Assembly: GCA_000934665.2 (NCBI GenBank)
Contig: KZ538725.1
Coordinates: forward strand, 1 to 51,169
Direction: 5' to 3'
Length of the DNA: 51,169 nt
Source of the DNA: Catajapyx aquilonaris
Lineage: Eukaryota
Shown here: positions 37,501 through 51,169 of the stretch, one piece after another
Layout of the letters: each line of letters opens with the position of its first letter
Numbering within the stretch: position 1 is the stretch's first letter
Program-made: the position numbers and the translations under genes
Notes under the pieces: model-generated
Database searches by the model: none
Told to the model about the DNA's origin: nothing
The model's input: only the letters and a program-made list of their open reading frames with translations

Positions 37501-39369
37501 TGATTAACATGCAGGACAGTACAAAGCCTGCAAGTATTGGACACCAATTTATAAAGAACATATTATTGGTACAACTATAAGTGAATACTCTGTGAATTAT
37601 TATGTATCATGACCTTTCCCTGTACAGGGTGGCCAGCGATGGGCAGGTACACACACCTGGTCATCTCATACATTTGCATCCTCCGATGATTAGTCAGGTA
37701 AAGATATAATATAATACAGTATTATGGGTAATAATTTCAGTCGACAAATTCGATATGTTCGTGGATTTTTTTTGCTTCTCTTTTTTACGTTTGGGAAAAT
37801 TGCGCAGTTATGGAGATAGCGAGCGCACATACAATGATGTGGCAGCCATTCAAGGCAGAGTCAAGAATACTTGAAGCTTTTGACATGAAGCGAGCGCCCT
37901 TATGGTGCATTATATTCTGTTCCTTTTCATATCTTCTGATTGGAAGTTTTGTAAAAAGTTATTTGAGAGCATAAAAGAAGGTATAGCCTTGGAAAATAGC
38001 TTCACTTGCAGCTACTTCCAAGTTTTTGAAAGGAAATCATACTTTACAGTTGAATAGTAACCCACCGAAGATGATGGGGAAACTTTTAGACCATAAAGCG
38101 AAGCCATATCTGATTTCATATTGCTATCCTTTTCCGTCTGGAGCGTATAGTAATTGAACGAGGAATATCACTTCCAGCATTCTCGAACCACAGTGAAACT
38201 CCGAACCAAATCATTATTATCCGGAACCATTTGCAATACCAGGAAAACCTTCATCCTATATACACAGAAGTCATCCTTAGAAGCCAGCTAATTGTACTTC
38301 CTCAAGCGACCAAGCTGCGAAACTATCCATTTAGAGGTCCACAGTTAGGATTTACGGTCAGAGTGTTTTGTTGGACAATACTATATTTTCGAGAGAGGAT
38401 GAACTGAAATTAGTTCTGAGAAAATAAATGGAAGGCATGTAAATGTAAACGGGTCGCTTTTGTCTGACCGACGGATATGTTACGCGTGGAAGCGGCTCGT
38501 TCAAAAGTGCCGGAAGCTTTTCTCTTGCCCTTTTCCAGGAAAGCTAAACCCAGTCTTTTGTGTGCTCAACTCAATGGGAAGCGCTGTATGTATATTCCTC
38601 ATACAATTTTTTTTTACAGAGCGATATACTAGTATACCGCGCTCGTATATAGTAGCTATACCAGCAGCAGTATAACCCTGCAGAAGCTCCACGTTGTTAT
38701 CTATTGTGCCGAGTATAGTGTAGGTCGAAAGTTTATACGCACTGTATATAGAAGAAGTTTACGCAGGGTTCAATAACACCCTCGTTTTCAAGAGTTTCTT
38801 CTGGGGATAACTTATAGTGCTGCAGAGCTGATTTTAATAATTTAATTAAGATGCGCAAACATTTTGACACCTACTCGTATAATTATTTTCTTGCACCACT
38901 AGAGATACGATCAATTTTATGCAGTGTATACTGGCGTATGGAAAACACAGTATAACATTTTGACGATATTATAGTTAAACAATAGTTACGATGTAACATT
39001 CAGTTATCCGACATTGTATACGAGAAACACACTGAACAATTTAATCAGGATATGCAGTTACTTCTGAGTATTCGCTTAAATGATTCGCAATTTCCCGTTG
39101 GTCTATTTATGAAGCGGAAGCATCACATTGCATTGGTTCGAAACCCGATCACAGATATTTGCTCAGACTTTCAAATCCAAACGCAACTAACAGGAAGCCC
39201 TATCTCTATTGCGATATATGCCTATTCCACGCCCTCTTCCTATGCACATATCGACATGAATATACTGTACTGTAGTCTACATGTTAGACGAATTTTCCGG
39301 TTCTATGAGAGAGAGAGAAGCTTCTGTCAGTACCAGCTCATCACGACAAGTTTCGCATATATAACTATA

Positions 39370-39975
39370 CAGTAAAACTTCTAAAGTCGAATCTCCATAG
39401 GACCGGGAAAAAACTTCGAGTTATAGAAGATTCGAGTTAGAGAAGTTTGAAATTTTTAAAGCACAGAACTCTATAAGGTAGCCTACCTTCATATCCAGCG
39501 ACGAAAGGTGTTCAAAACTTAAAAATAACTACCACTACCATCACACTTACAATGTTCCTCGCTGTTTTGTTGTAAAAAATTTCCGTGATGGACATTTGCC
39601 TACTCTTAGATTCAAGGATTCAATTGTCACAACAGAGTCAAACACTTCTTTCGGTACGTCTGGTAGACTGAGATCAGGAAATTGAGCCTTTCTGTATACA
39701 TGTGGCCTACTCTCGACCCTTCGGCTGGGAAATGAGAAAATTTTCCGTACTCGTCAACATGAACTTGGACTTAGGGAGACTGAAAATGCATTGAAATCCC
39801 ATTGTAAGGGCCTGCCTGCACTTCGAGTTATGGAGAACTTCGAGTTATAGAAATTCGAGTTAGGGAAGTTTATTTCCTATTATATTTTACATTGTGACCA
39901 ACCAAGCTCATCATTTTATTCGACTTATATAGAGAACTTCGACTTAGGGAAGTTCGACTTATAGAAGTTTTACTG
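39370..39975. mobile_element. pogo/Tigger-like MITE
   Basis: TA|CAGTAAAACTTCTA.. ..TAGAAGTTTTACTG|TA, with multiple subterminal TTCGA(G/C)TTA(T/G) repeats at both ends. Confidence 0.9.
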
Positions 39976-42900
39976 TAATATAAGTCGTAATGCACATAAA
40001 CAAACCTCTAATTTGGACGGTATATTCAAGGTGGTGACTGCTCAAGTCCACAACTACCAGTTCAAATAAAAGAAAAAGCAATTGAAAGTAACAATAAAGG
40101 CCACATTCACTTGTGATTGTTGCTTCTTTTTAAACTGACTGCTGGACTAAACAATATGTCCTGTACCATCATCTTGAACTAGGGACTTGGATACTTAACC
40201 ACAGATGTAAATGCAAACTAAGTATAGGCTATTGTGTGTCAGTATTTTTAGTCGTACGTTACTGGCAAAATATGACCTTGCTTGGTTTCTATAACTCACT
40301 TCCTACTACCGATTGGGAAGCAGTTATACGGATACATATAGCTTTCCTGGAATCCCGGCCCACAGTTTCTGCTTTGTGCATCCAGTGTAGAAAAACCGCT
40401 CGGTGTAATTTAATGTGCAATAATGAAATATGAATACAAGGGCTACGTTACAGAGGTGTTTCATGTGGCCACTTAAAAGGCTCAAACAAAATGCAACAAT
40501 TATGGTTATTTGCACGACTGATTCCAGGTTGTTCACATAATGAGATTCATATGTTGAAAGGTACAGAGCATAGGTTTGTGACTTGCTAGGGCCATAAACC
40601 TCACGCGTGGTCCGAGTGTGTGTAATATTTCATGATTCCGGTGTATTTTACGTCACAAACAGGTGTCCTGTGCGAAGGCTCTGCCGCAGCCGTTGCCCTT
40701 CCACGAACAGTAATGTATATAGGTACTGGTATGCATGTAACAATTTAGCGCCAAACAGTTCCCAGAACACCGGTCTTTCTGGTCTGTCCTTTATATCGAG
40801 TGTTTCGCATGACAATTACTGCACCTCATCTGACACGCTTGTCAGGCGCCATCAAACCTTTTTGTTCAACTCGAAGATTTTTTTTTTCTTCAATACGGAA
40901 ATGGAGGTCTTTGCCCGGAATAGTTCCCCATTTGTGTGTACATTTATGTATGCTAATATTAGCAGCTATAAAATACTTGGATTACGGACTAGATGAAAAT
41001 GGAGAGAGCTGCTTTTTACAGCTTCATTGGCATATTTTTTACGATGTTTTGTTAGAGCAGATTGCATAACTCCTGGAGTAAACATCTATGAATGCACCCC
41101 ATCGTGTATCTGGCTTTTGAGTGCTACTTAACTACTTTTCAGTAGATAACTACCACTTGGAATGGCTGAGTGGCCTATTAATAGAGAGCATGATAGGTTG
41201 CGGCATTGAATAGGTTCCCACAGCCAATACTGCGACGTTATGCTCTGTGGGAGACCCTTTTATTGATAACGAAATAGTACTTCTGAGAAGTCAGGATAAT
41301 GCTAGGCCTAATACTTTCTATGAAGCCTACAATCTTATTTCGTGTTGGGAGCTTCAGGGAAACCATTCTTATCGACAGGAAAGATTCAAAATGGAGATAA
41401 AGGGTAACTCCGCGCTCTAATTATCATCTATGGACAGCTAAATCATAGGATATTACTGCAGAATTACTTTGTAATGTAATCAGTGGCATGTGATTATGAC
41501 GGTATCGTATAATTGGAGGCACGGAAAGCAACAATATTTATAGATCATTCGAGCGATGCCGGGAGAAGTGTGATTTATGGCATCGTTAGAGTCAGGTCAG
41601 TTTAGTGTTGAAGAGTGCCAACTATTAGGTCATCATATTTTAGCAATTGAAGGATTATACGGTATTAATTATTGCCTTGCATATAGGACATCACTTGCTT
41701 AGCAGAATCATGCCACTAAAATCAGAGAATCCCGCACGATATTGGTTATCTGAAAAAGAAATTACCAAGATTCTTCTGCTGTAGGCCTTAGTAGTGTAGA
41801 TACAGTTTTGCCAGATTTGTACCCAAATTACAACAGTTAGGCCTATAAATTAAATACAATATTTTTTACTGCTCATTCCAATGGAATTCTAGTTCTGAGC
41901 AAGTCTCTGAAGGTATGTCATATTTTTCAGTATAAATTTCGAAAATAGCACATTTTATAGATGGCCTTGTCACTGACTTGTCCCACCATGGCGTTTTGCA
42001 ATAATTTTCCAATTCGTAGAGAGCAACCTCTGGGGTGCCTACTGCATACATAATATTATAACTGTACAGTACTCACCTACACTTCAAAAAAAAATTACCA
42101 GTGAAGAATAACGCATGACCTTGATGTTGTGGAGCATAGTTCCTCGAAAAGCCGAAGTCTGCAGATCCAACTGGAACATACTGTTTGTGAAAAAGGAAGA
42201 ACATCTGCTGCTCAGGTGTAAGTGATGATATGGCCTACTGAATATAACATCTTACGAGGACCTGCTACAATATGTTGAACTTGATTTGCAAAAATTAATC
42301 TCTTACAAAGGTAGGAGTTATTGGATGTGAGGCTAGCTGGTTCGCTATATGCATTTTACCCACTAGTTATTAACCGCTCAAACACGTGGAATAGAAAACA
42401 ATTTTAAGCGTAAGGTATGCTACTTATAGAGCAGAACGCTGACTTGTGAGTAATGGTTTTTCTGATAGATATTGCCCTTTTAAATCATCCATTTTCATTC
42501 AATAATATATTGTAGCATTATCTTGAGAGTAGTAAAATACTGCATAAAGTGCTTTCACATTCCAAATCCAACATCCGCGTTTGAGATTCTCCTGGGCCTT
42601 CTATACAGTATACAGTGTGTACCAAGTATAAGGGTCGCTTTTAATTATTATCGTTAATGTCGCCCGAAGTTATTTTGCGTAGCTTGTTCCAGGGCCAGTA
42701 TACGGGCCTAGGTGCCCAATTATTCCCAGATGTGGTGTAATAGAGCAGTTGCTATAAAATGACACCTGTAAGATCGGGACCACGACTGGGACGTAACAAA
42801 CTACACCAAAATAATAGCTTCGGGCAAGATTTTCCATATAACTAAAGCGACCCGTTTGGCACACCCTATAGCCTACGTATAATGGAAGAGGTTTTTGGTT

Positions 42901-43280
42901 TTTCTTTTGGTTTGTCTGCATGTCTGGTTGGGGATGCTGGGGATCGATGCCACAGTTTAGAAGCCAGCCACACCACACTTGACAAGGAGAGAGGCCTTGA
43001 CCACCAAGAAAGTCATGAGCAGGGAAGAGACTCCAGCCTCCAGGTTCATCAATGAGGAATATATTGGGGGGGGGGGGATTGGGGTCACAGAAGCTCACTT
43101 CTTTTATGTGCCTTAAATAGTTGCATTACTATGTGAAACAAAATACTGTTAGAAAATTCTGATTGTGTTTTTCTTGTCGTTTGTACTGTATGTGACATAA
43201 TAAGCGGAATGTTACCTTTACTTTCATTTTCTTAGCTGGTTATTTCCTCCAAGATTTGCTGGATCACTCGACACAAGATA

Positions 43281-43584
43281 CATGGTGTTGCAAAATTGAA
43301 GCATTTTTCTCGGATTCGATTATTTCTCATAATATTCCAGATGAAATTAGTCTGGTTGATTGAGGTGATTTTCTCCTTCAGAAATCCATGTAGCACTGTT
43401 GTTTGGATGGTGAAAATACCCACATGATGACCCCTGCTATTCAAATATGTGACGAAACAAATCACCCGCACCCTCGTGTTTCGGTAATGAATCCTAAATT
43501 GCAAAATCAACCAGGGTAATATCATCTTAGAAATTAGTAACGAACCTATAATCCTAGGGGAAGTACCAGTTTTGCAACGCCCTG
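43281..43584. mobile_element. Diverged Tc1/mariner-type MITE
   Basis: TA|CATGGTGTTGCAAAATTG and CAGTTTTGCAACGCCCTG|TA (15/18 inverted match). Confidence 0.7.
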
Positions 43585-44971
43585 TATAGCTTACTGTATA
43601 TAGCCTCCGTAATCATGGAGATACCACGCGACCGTATTAACTATGTCGTCAAAACACTCCATCGATTTGGAGAGTATTTCCATAAGGCTAAATCGGTTGC
43701 GGTTGACTTAGGTCACGTCCAGCTCACGTGCTCTTTTCATGCCATTATAATAGCACACATTTGAGCGCACATTCAGTATAAGCACGAAAATTGATTGCAT
43801 TCATTCCTCGCCCCATCTGTTTACAATCTGTCACGAAATTGCATCAAAAGCAACCCCCTTCCCCTCCACTGCACCCTCAAACCACGTGCTATCTTGTTTT
43901 ACCTGGACATGTAACTCTGTCGTTATTAACTGGAAAGGTAGATGTGTCATTACGTAAAAAAAAATCTTTTCTACGAACTGATACGAAGCTACGTTCCTGA
44001 AATCCTGCAATCTAGAGTATCAGTGATCCCCCTCCCTCCCCATTTCCCCCAATCAAATGTGATTACTCCAGTCCGACAGAAGCACGTAACTTACAGTTAA
44101 TTGAAAAGTAAAGGGAGTAGTCAGGCAATGTCCTCCAAGTGCTCATCACGTACACACGCATTTTTGTTCACTTCTCGGACTTATCCTTTTTTTGTTGTTG
44201 TCGTTCCAGAAACCATTCGTTAGGATGAATAGTTCGACTCAAATTATCCCTGCATGTCAAAAACCTTAACCTTCTGCTTCGAAAATAGCAATCGATGAGA
44301 AGTGGACCTCCTTTATAGAACAGCTAGTAAATGAACAATATTGTTCTCTCTATATTTAGATGATTGTAGTCTTATCAAGCAGTGCACTCTGGGTGGTTGG
44401 ATTTAAATGCTATTTGTAGACTACTCGTTGTAGGAAAGCTTCTGATGTACCCTAATAACTGACCTGGAAGAGTCTGGAACTGGAGCATGACAGTTTCATA
44501 CTGAAGTAGAAGCAACCTACGCAAGTTCTTGTTTCGAATATAGGATAGCTTGGTGGGCGTCTAAATGACTTTAATTGTTCCAGGACTTGAATGAACTTTA
44601 TAATGGTGTCTGCTGGGGCATCACCCTTGAAGGACATAGACATAATAATCGTGAAATCTAAATCGGGAGAGATAAAATCACTGATTATCTGGCTATACAA
44701 TTGGTACTATTTGGAGGACTCACCACCCAAGGTCTCTAATAGTAAGATATGAATAGGCTTTTAAAAGGCTGGGTTACATCACTATTTAGTGCCAGTTGTA
44801 TCAATACAAATGAGGAAAATTTCAGAATATTTATAGATATTAATGATACGTGATCAAATTTAATATTTCCTTCTTAGTTTCAGTTGTTATACAACAAGCC
44901 CCCAGTAGGTCAGTCGGCTCATGCGGCCCTCGGATTCTCACTATTGATTGATTTACTCCCAATGCATCATA

Positions 44972-45182
44972 CAGGGTGTTTCAACTTTCTTGTCCCAACA
45001 GTTATTGGAAATATTGCACTAAGCTGCTACTTTGTAAGCAGTGACTTGCAACCGGTGATTTGTCGGAGATATGGGGAATATTCCCTGCGAATCTTAGGTT
45101 GAAGTGGCATACGTACTTACAAAGTAGCAGCTTAGTGCAATATTTCCGATAACTGTTGGGACAATAAAGTTGAATCACCCGG
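44972..45182. mobile_element. Tc1/mariner-type MITE with long TIRs
   Basis: TA|CAGGGTGTTTCAACTTT...AAAGTTGAATCACCCGG|TA, with near-perfect inverted arms of about 67 bp. Confidence 0.9.
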
Positions 45183-46220
45183 TATTAGAAGTGTCTGGAT
45201 CGTTTGGCTATTTTGTTAAGCAGATTAGCTTCAGGCTATATTGAATTTAAAGCAGATTAAGATTATACGCTTTTTCTACACGCCCACTCTAACCAGGCGA
45301 AATATGCTTAGATTGTCGTTTCCACAAAAAATACTGTTCTATATAAAAAGGGAACTCCGGTATAAAAACTGACCCTACTATCCAGTTTTTAGTCTGAAAC
45401 ACATGACCTCATCCATGAGGTCATTTTCCATTAAGTCCCCAGTAAACGTTATTTCCACCGATGATTTCATTTTGGGGACGAAAAATCAATCAGGAAGGGG
45501 GACAAAGATATACCAGTACCCTTCTGATATACAGAACAGCAGCAGTCAGTCAAGCTGTTTGTGCAACAATTCATCAGTAGCGCTTACATTTGCCTAAATA
45601 AACTCCCTGAAACGAAACCGACAAAGTGACTGACCCAAAGTTCAATAACCAACTTGCAGATGCAATTTCTACGAACTGCTGCAACATAACAAAAAAAAGG
45701 ACTTGGACGATGCAAAAAAAAGAGACTCCTTTTTTTTGTAACCTCCTCTAGTGGAACTGGTTCTTCTGTGCTTGTGTGAGAGGAATCCTTTTCTGCTGTG
45801 GAATTTGGTTCTCGGGTGACCTCGCAACAACATGCACCGTGCCGAGGCCCAGCTTCTCAGAATTGGGTCTAGTCAAAAGGTACTCGTTGGCTCTGGAGGG
45901 CGCGTACATTTCCAAGGCCTTCATTTTTCTTTTTTCTTTTTGTGACCCCCCTCCCCCCTCCCACCGCTCTTTTCTTTCCATTATTTTGGCTGGTTCACTT
46001 CCAGACTTGAACTGGTGCAACGGAGCATATGGCATGAAATGCACGAAGCGTTAACACAAGGGGACCGAAGTGTCGAGAAATTTTGAGATTTCCGACCGAG
46101 ATCACATTTTTTACAGACTGGAGTTTCTGTAAATGCTGAAGCCATTTTTTCGTGGAATGTAAGGATTTTTGCTAACTGTATGTCTATACTGGGAAGATAT
46201 CGCACAAGGCGCCTTTACTC

Positions 46221-46297
<77 letters not shown>
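46221..46297. repeat. (TAT)n microsatellite
   Basis: About 25 perfect trinucleotide units. Confidence 0.97.
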
Positions 46298-46298
<1 letters not shown>

Positions 46299-47085
46299 AG
46301 TGGGTGCAACCAATAACCAGTTATCAAAAAGTGACCCACGAACCTGGAAGCCAATATGACTTTTCCTACAGGTTTCCTATACCCTATATAGGGAACATGG
46401 TTGTTGAATTTCTCATTAAATTTTCAGCGAAGCGGTTTCCCAGAGAACTCTGCTGCATTCGAGTCACAAATGCTCTTTTGTCAGCAACACGCTGAATTGA
46501 GTTCTCCATCGCCCTGTGATCCATAAAACAACAATACACCAGCAATACACAAAAGTTAATAACTAATTTCCTTCCGCCAAGGGCTTTCGCATAAAACGAA
46601 CACAATGTTGATTGACTCCCTTTTTGACATTCGCACTACATAATGCTGAGCACACCGTATACTGTGACCTGCTCCGAGGACATGATAAATATTTATCTGG
46701 CACATTCTGACCCTGCAAGTACAATGCGGGGATCATTGCCTGCAAAATCTCTTTTGAAGGCCCCTCTTTTGAAAGTCGGTGCATAATGCACGCCTCTAAT
46801 GCACATTCATGAATGTAGATCGGAGTGCTGGAGGTTTGCTTTCAATTATGAATGCCGCCTTTGTTGTTGGTGTCACAAAGGCAGGCAACTGATAGTATTT
46901 TTTAAAAATTATATTTGAATGAAACCTATATTTTTTTGCCCTAAATTTAAAGCTTAACGTTATATTACATGCACTATGTTACCACCAGATGCTCTTTGTT
47001 TTACCACTCTAAAATAGTTTCATATTGGCTGGAAACTTCAAAAACTTCTGGTCTGTCAAAACTCTGAGCCTGTTAATGAAGTATA

Positions 47086-47414
47086 ATTAATTAATTAATT
47101 GGGTTAGTGCACCGCCCATTTGATGGGCATTTGGCACAGTACCTTTATCTCCCCTTTTTAAAAAGTTGTACAAGCATTTTTTGGTCCTTTTCCGTAACGC
47201 CCGGGGACCGCGAGCGAGGGGGGATGAGTGGGAGGGGCGGTGCAACCTGCAGTGCAATGTCGTTACTGCGGTCAGTTTGTTAACTCCCCCGGGTGGTTAC
47301 TCTCAGAAGTCCCACCCGAGACGAAGCCAGAGACGACCCAACTCTGCACGAGATGAAGGGGGGAACCCCGGGCTGGGATAGTTACGTTACTGCGGCACCA
47401 CTCTGCCTCCCCGA
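47086..47414 (-). mobile_element. SINE-like retroposon with degenerate Pol III head
   Basis: Exact 16-bp TSD CTGTTAATGAAGTATA at 47070-47085 and 47415-47430. (ATTA)n tail at 47086-47100. GC-rich body; minus-strand head GGGGAGGCAGAGTGG. Confidence 0.85.
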
Positions 47415-50112
47415 CTGTTAATGAAGTATAGCAGGTTCTTCCTGAAATATTTCCATCTGGATTTTTTAGGAGACAATTATTCTGAATAAGATATCTTACC
47501 GGTATGCATTAAAAATATGCTTTTATTTGTGTGGACTTTCTTTTGAAACACTAGAAAAATTATATTGTTTCAGAATACGAATGATTTCAGAATACCACAC
47601 CTCGTATTTCACAATTTAACTCACAACTCCGTGTCGAACCGATATGGACATGATCTATTCTGAAACCAGCACGCGGTACATATGGGCTATCCTTCAATTA
47701 CTATTATTTTTTTGGAGAAAAAAGAGATATTAGACGACATGGGGGACTGCATTTATAAGAACGAATCACCCTGGGAGATATTTTTAGATATCAACAATTG
47801 TGTAAAAACTTTTGCAAAGGTCGCCAGTTTCTTTCTATTGCTTGTTCGTTAGGAACAAACGTTCTGGCCACGAAGTACCTTATTGCCCCGCAGCCTCACC
47901 GTAATAATCATTACCAAGCTAAGAGGAATCAGAAAAGGAAGAAAGCTCAAATTGAGTACTGTACAGTACAGTACGACACAGTATAAATGGCAGATAAGTT
48001 TTTGGAAAGTGAGAGGAAAGGGGAGAATCCAGAGTGAACCCACTCTAATGAGGAGAGAACCTCCAAAAACCCTTTTCAACCAGTTAAAAAAACGTATTGG
48101 TCGTTATCCACCATTATTCATCATCTGAATAAGCTTATATACTGCTGACGAGCGAGAGGAATTTATTAATATTTAAAAAAGTTGTTTTTTTAACTTTGAC
48201 GAGGAAATGAGTTCTGAGAATTGCGATAATAAATGGTATAGACTCAGGTGACACAACACAAACTCCTCATTGTCCAACTGTACTTGAGCAACCAACCTGC
48301 TGGAGTAAACAAAACATATTACCTAGTTATATTTCTCAGAAATTCGTAGTGACGCAAACTAAGTAGGGTAAATATGCCTTATCATCTGCTTTGTTTGTTA
48401 TCTCTGTGTAATATTGCTATTATTGCGCATTAACATTTTGTTCAGTTCGTGGAAAGCCGCATTTGACCTCAAATACGGTAATGGACGACATAATTGGCTG
48501 ATCAGCACATAACATACTGTATTATATCAGAAAGTTCTGTCCATGTGCTGCTTCACTTCAAATCACATTGAACTTGATATTGAATTAGAAATGGCGCCGC
48601 AAATAAAAAGAAATTATACACGCGTGATGCGGAGTAAGGAGAACATGCCGACTCGATGCATAGTTTATGACATTGCCTCTCTCTCTCTATGATATAAGAC
48701 TCTATTCGGTGAATCGTCACTCAATTCCGCTGATTCATTTACATCCCAGAGCAGTTACAGTATAACAAAAGCCGATCAATAGCGCTATAGCTGTAATTAT
48801 ATAGTGCCCTCTGTGTGGTTATAGCCAATGTTGCCAAGTCATGCCGAAGATTATCAAGATATCCTGTGCCATTTATTAGTTTTGGCTTATGTCATCCGTC
48901 CATCACACCTCATATAGCCTTCAGGCAGTGCCCTCACACGATACAAGGTTAGGTCAAGAATTTATTGGTCACCTTGCATCTTTGGATTGATTTGGTTTTT
49001 TGGGGGGTTTAGGCGAATAAGGTGACTGAAACATGTGATTATATTGGTTGACGTCGTTAGGTTAGAAGCTTAGATTAAGCTGGCTAACCAATGATTATAT
49101 TGTTAGACTAATGGAGTATCTTTTTGAGGATAAATTTGTTTTCAGTTTGAATTCTCATAAAAATAGTTGCGTCTTTTGCTGAAAGAATAAATACATAATT
49201 ATCAGGTAGTTAATATAATAACATTATGTAGCCCATCACTTTGGGTTCAAACAGTAACGCAACTTAAGTAATGTTTAATGAACCATGTAGCTACTAAATG
49301 CAATGGTCTCTTTCATTCACAATGAATTGGAGCCTGATTAGGAGTCCTCAGCTGCCCTAATGGAGCAGCAACAACTGCACCAAATGAAGTCGATTTTGAC
49401 CCATCTAGTTTTTGTCGATGTGTTGTAATTTGAGGCAGAGAGTCTGAACGAAAGACATTGACACTGATGAGAATAACAGCATGTATTAAAAAATAGGCTA
49501 TGTGAAACAGAATAGTAGAAGCAGAGAGAAATGGAGTCGAAGCACACGGGTTCGGAGAATGAAAACAAAAATACATACATTTTTATTTTAAAAGAAAGAT
49601 ATCGTCTATCTTCCTAGGATTTTTTTGGAGGAAATGCCCATCCAGTGGAGTCTTGCTATTTATTCCTCATTACACTGAAAGCTATAAGAGATTTTTGCGC
49701 GATGAATAACTGTCAGCATGGAAGCCTAAATACTAATAGTACCGAGAACTATTGACCCATTTGCATTATTCTTCGGAACGTTGAGTGTAATGAGTGTGTA
49801 TAAGGACTGCCAGGTGCAGTCCGCCAGGCATTGTCGTGCGTCCTCACGAAGGCTTCAAATGGGGCTACTTTGAGCATCATTGAAACGATGGTCCAGGGCA
49901 CGGTCTCAGAACTTCCGAGTTACCTTCACTGTCTTGTTTCGCCACCTCCAGGGAATATTATTTTGTCAAGCGGAAACCTGCGGAGTTATCATGAGACGAA
50001 CTTACATGTCGCGCCATACAAATTCTGGTCCCACGCTTCAAATATTCCTCGATCGGTATGATAAGTGGTAGTTAAATTTGACACGGGAACTAAATCGTAT
50101 ACGTACTGTATG

Positions 50113-51072
50113 CACTCAAAAAAAGGATATGGCTGTGAAAGCAAATAATTTTTATCAACCGCATTTTAGCTGTCCCAGATGCAAGTTCAGCTGGAGCAGG
50201 CATGTAGTTAACCTGCCTTTGGCAACGTATGTACCTGCCAGAGCCATATATTCTTACTGTTGCTTATAGCTGAGAGAGTCAGAGCATTTAGCTGTACCAG
50301 TAAAGCGTGTTAGAGGCCTTTGCCTGACACAGCTAATGTTCTGCTGGGAGGGCGAAAATGCTAGACGTGAAGAAGATGCGCGCGCCGCGTCCGGTCGGAA
50401 AACAATGAGATATCCGTAAATGTGCAGATTCCATCGTCAAACATATGTTGGAAAACAAGCTAAAATCACGGCTTAATTTGTAATTATAAGCAATGTATAA
50501 AACATACGTCCTCTTCAAACATGCATCTTTGAAGAGGACGTAACATGAGTACCGCATGAGTAGATCAGGAGAAGTGCGGGGCGGTGCGGCGGGCGCCATA
50601 GTGCAGAGCAGTCCTGGTCTCGACACACCTCGACACGCGCTTGTCTGTTTCTGGCTTTCTGCGGTGTGCATGCAGGATGGATACCGACACGCAAGTGTCA
50701 GTGGACGATCTCCTGGACTCTTGGGGGCTTATAGTGTACTATTCGAGTGGATTTTACCATTATTTAAATAAAGTATATGAAAATGAGGTATTTCAGCTAA
50801 ACAGTACAGTTGCTATAGTAAAAGAATTATAGCTGCCATAGCTAAACTGATCCAGATAAATTATGTTTTAGCAGTGACAGCTGTATATTCCCTGTCTGCT
50901 AGAGCACGTTTGTTTGTCTCTCACGGATAAAAATATATCTGTGGCAGGTAAATTTCTGTTCCTATATTTTTTATCTGTGGCAGATAAATTTTTAGGAGCG
51001 TCATATAGAGCCAAAATTTTTAGCTGAGGGAGCCATAATTTTTGCTACTACAGGTAAATTGTTTTTTGAGTG
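50113..51072. mobile_element. CAC-terminated (CMC/EnSpm-like) non-autonomous element
   Basis: TG|CACTCAAAAAA ... TTTTTTGAGTG|TG (11-bp TIR, 2-bp TSD). Degenerate subterminal repeats (TATCTGTGGCAG(G/A)TAAATTT, TTTAGCTG, ACCTGCC) flank a CpG-rich core. Confidence 0.65.
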
Positions 51073-51169
51073 TGTACTTGTGATTATACCGAGGATTATA
51101 CAGCATAAATACCAAGTATCTGCGGCGCGGAGGGATGATGTGTTCTGTAGCATCGAGTCTGTCAGGTCA

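Noticed and set aside
46169..46495. Poly-Leu signal-peptide-like ORF
   Set aside because: Translation of the (TAT)n microsatellite.

Overview
AT-rich, repeat-rich animal genomic DNA (probably an invertebrate, possibly an arthropod; inference only). It contains one supportable protein-coding gene: a SOCS2/CISH-type suppressor of cytokine signalling (CDS 17958-19004, +, SH2 domain plus SOCS box, single coding exon). The gene has a probable non-coding first exon, a 5'-UTR intron and two tiny in-frame uORFs. STAT-type TTC(N3)GAA palindromes are unusually dense across the window, with clusters at about 14.8-15.4 kb and 19.4-20.6 kb, which fits a JAK/STAT negative-feedback locus. The rest is non-coding and holds three SINEs with clear target-site duplications that share body or tail modules, a 69-bp LINE-tail insertion, and several MITEs (Tc1/mariner/pogo, piggyBac-like, CAC-terminated). 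There is also a double palindrome upstream of the promoter, a tRNA-like element with an abnormal anticodon arm in the putative 3' UTR, and many TACAGTA/TACTGTA footprint-like motifs. I found no evidence of a new multi-gene system; the other short ORFs look spurious. All motif counts were made by eye.
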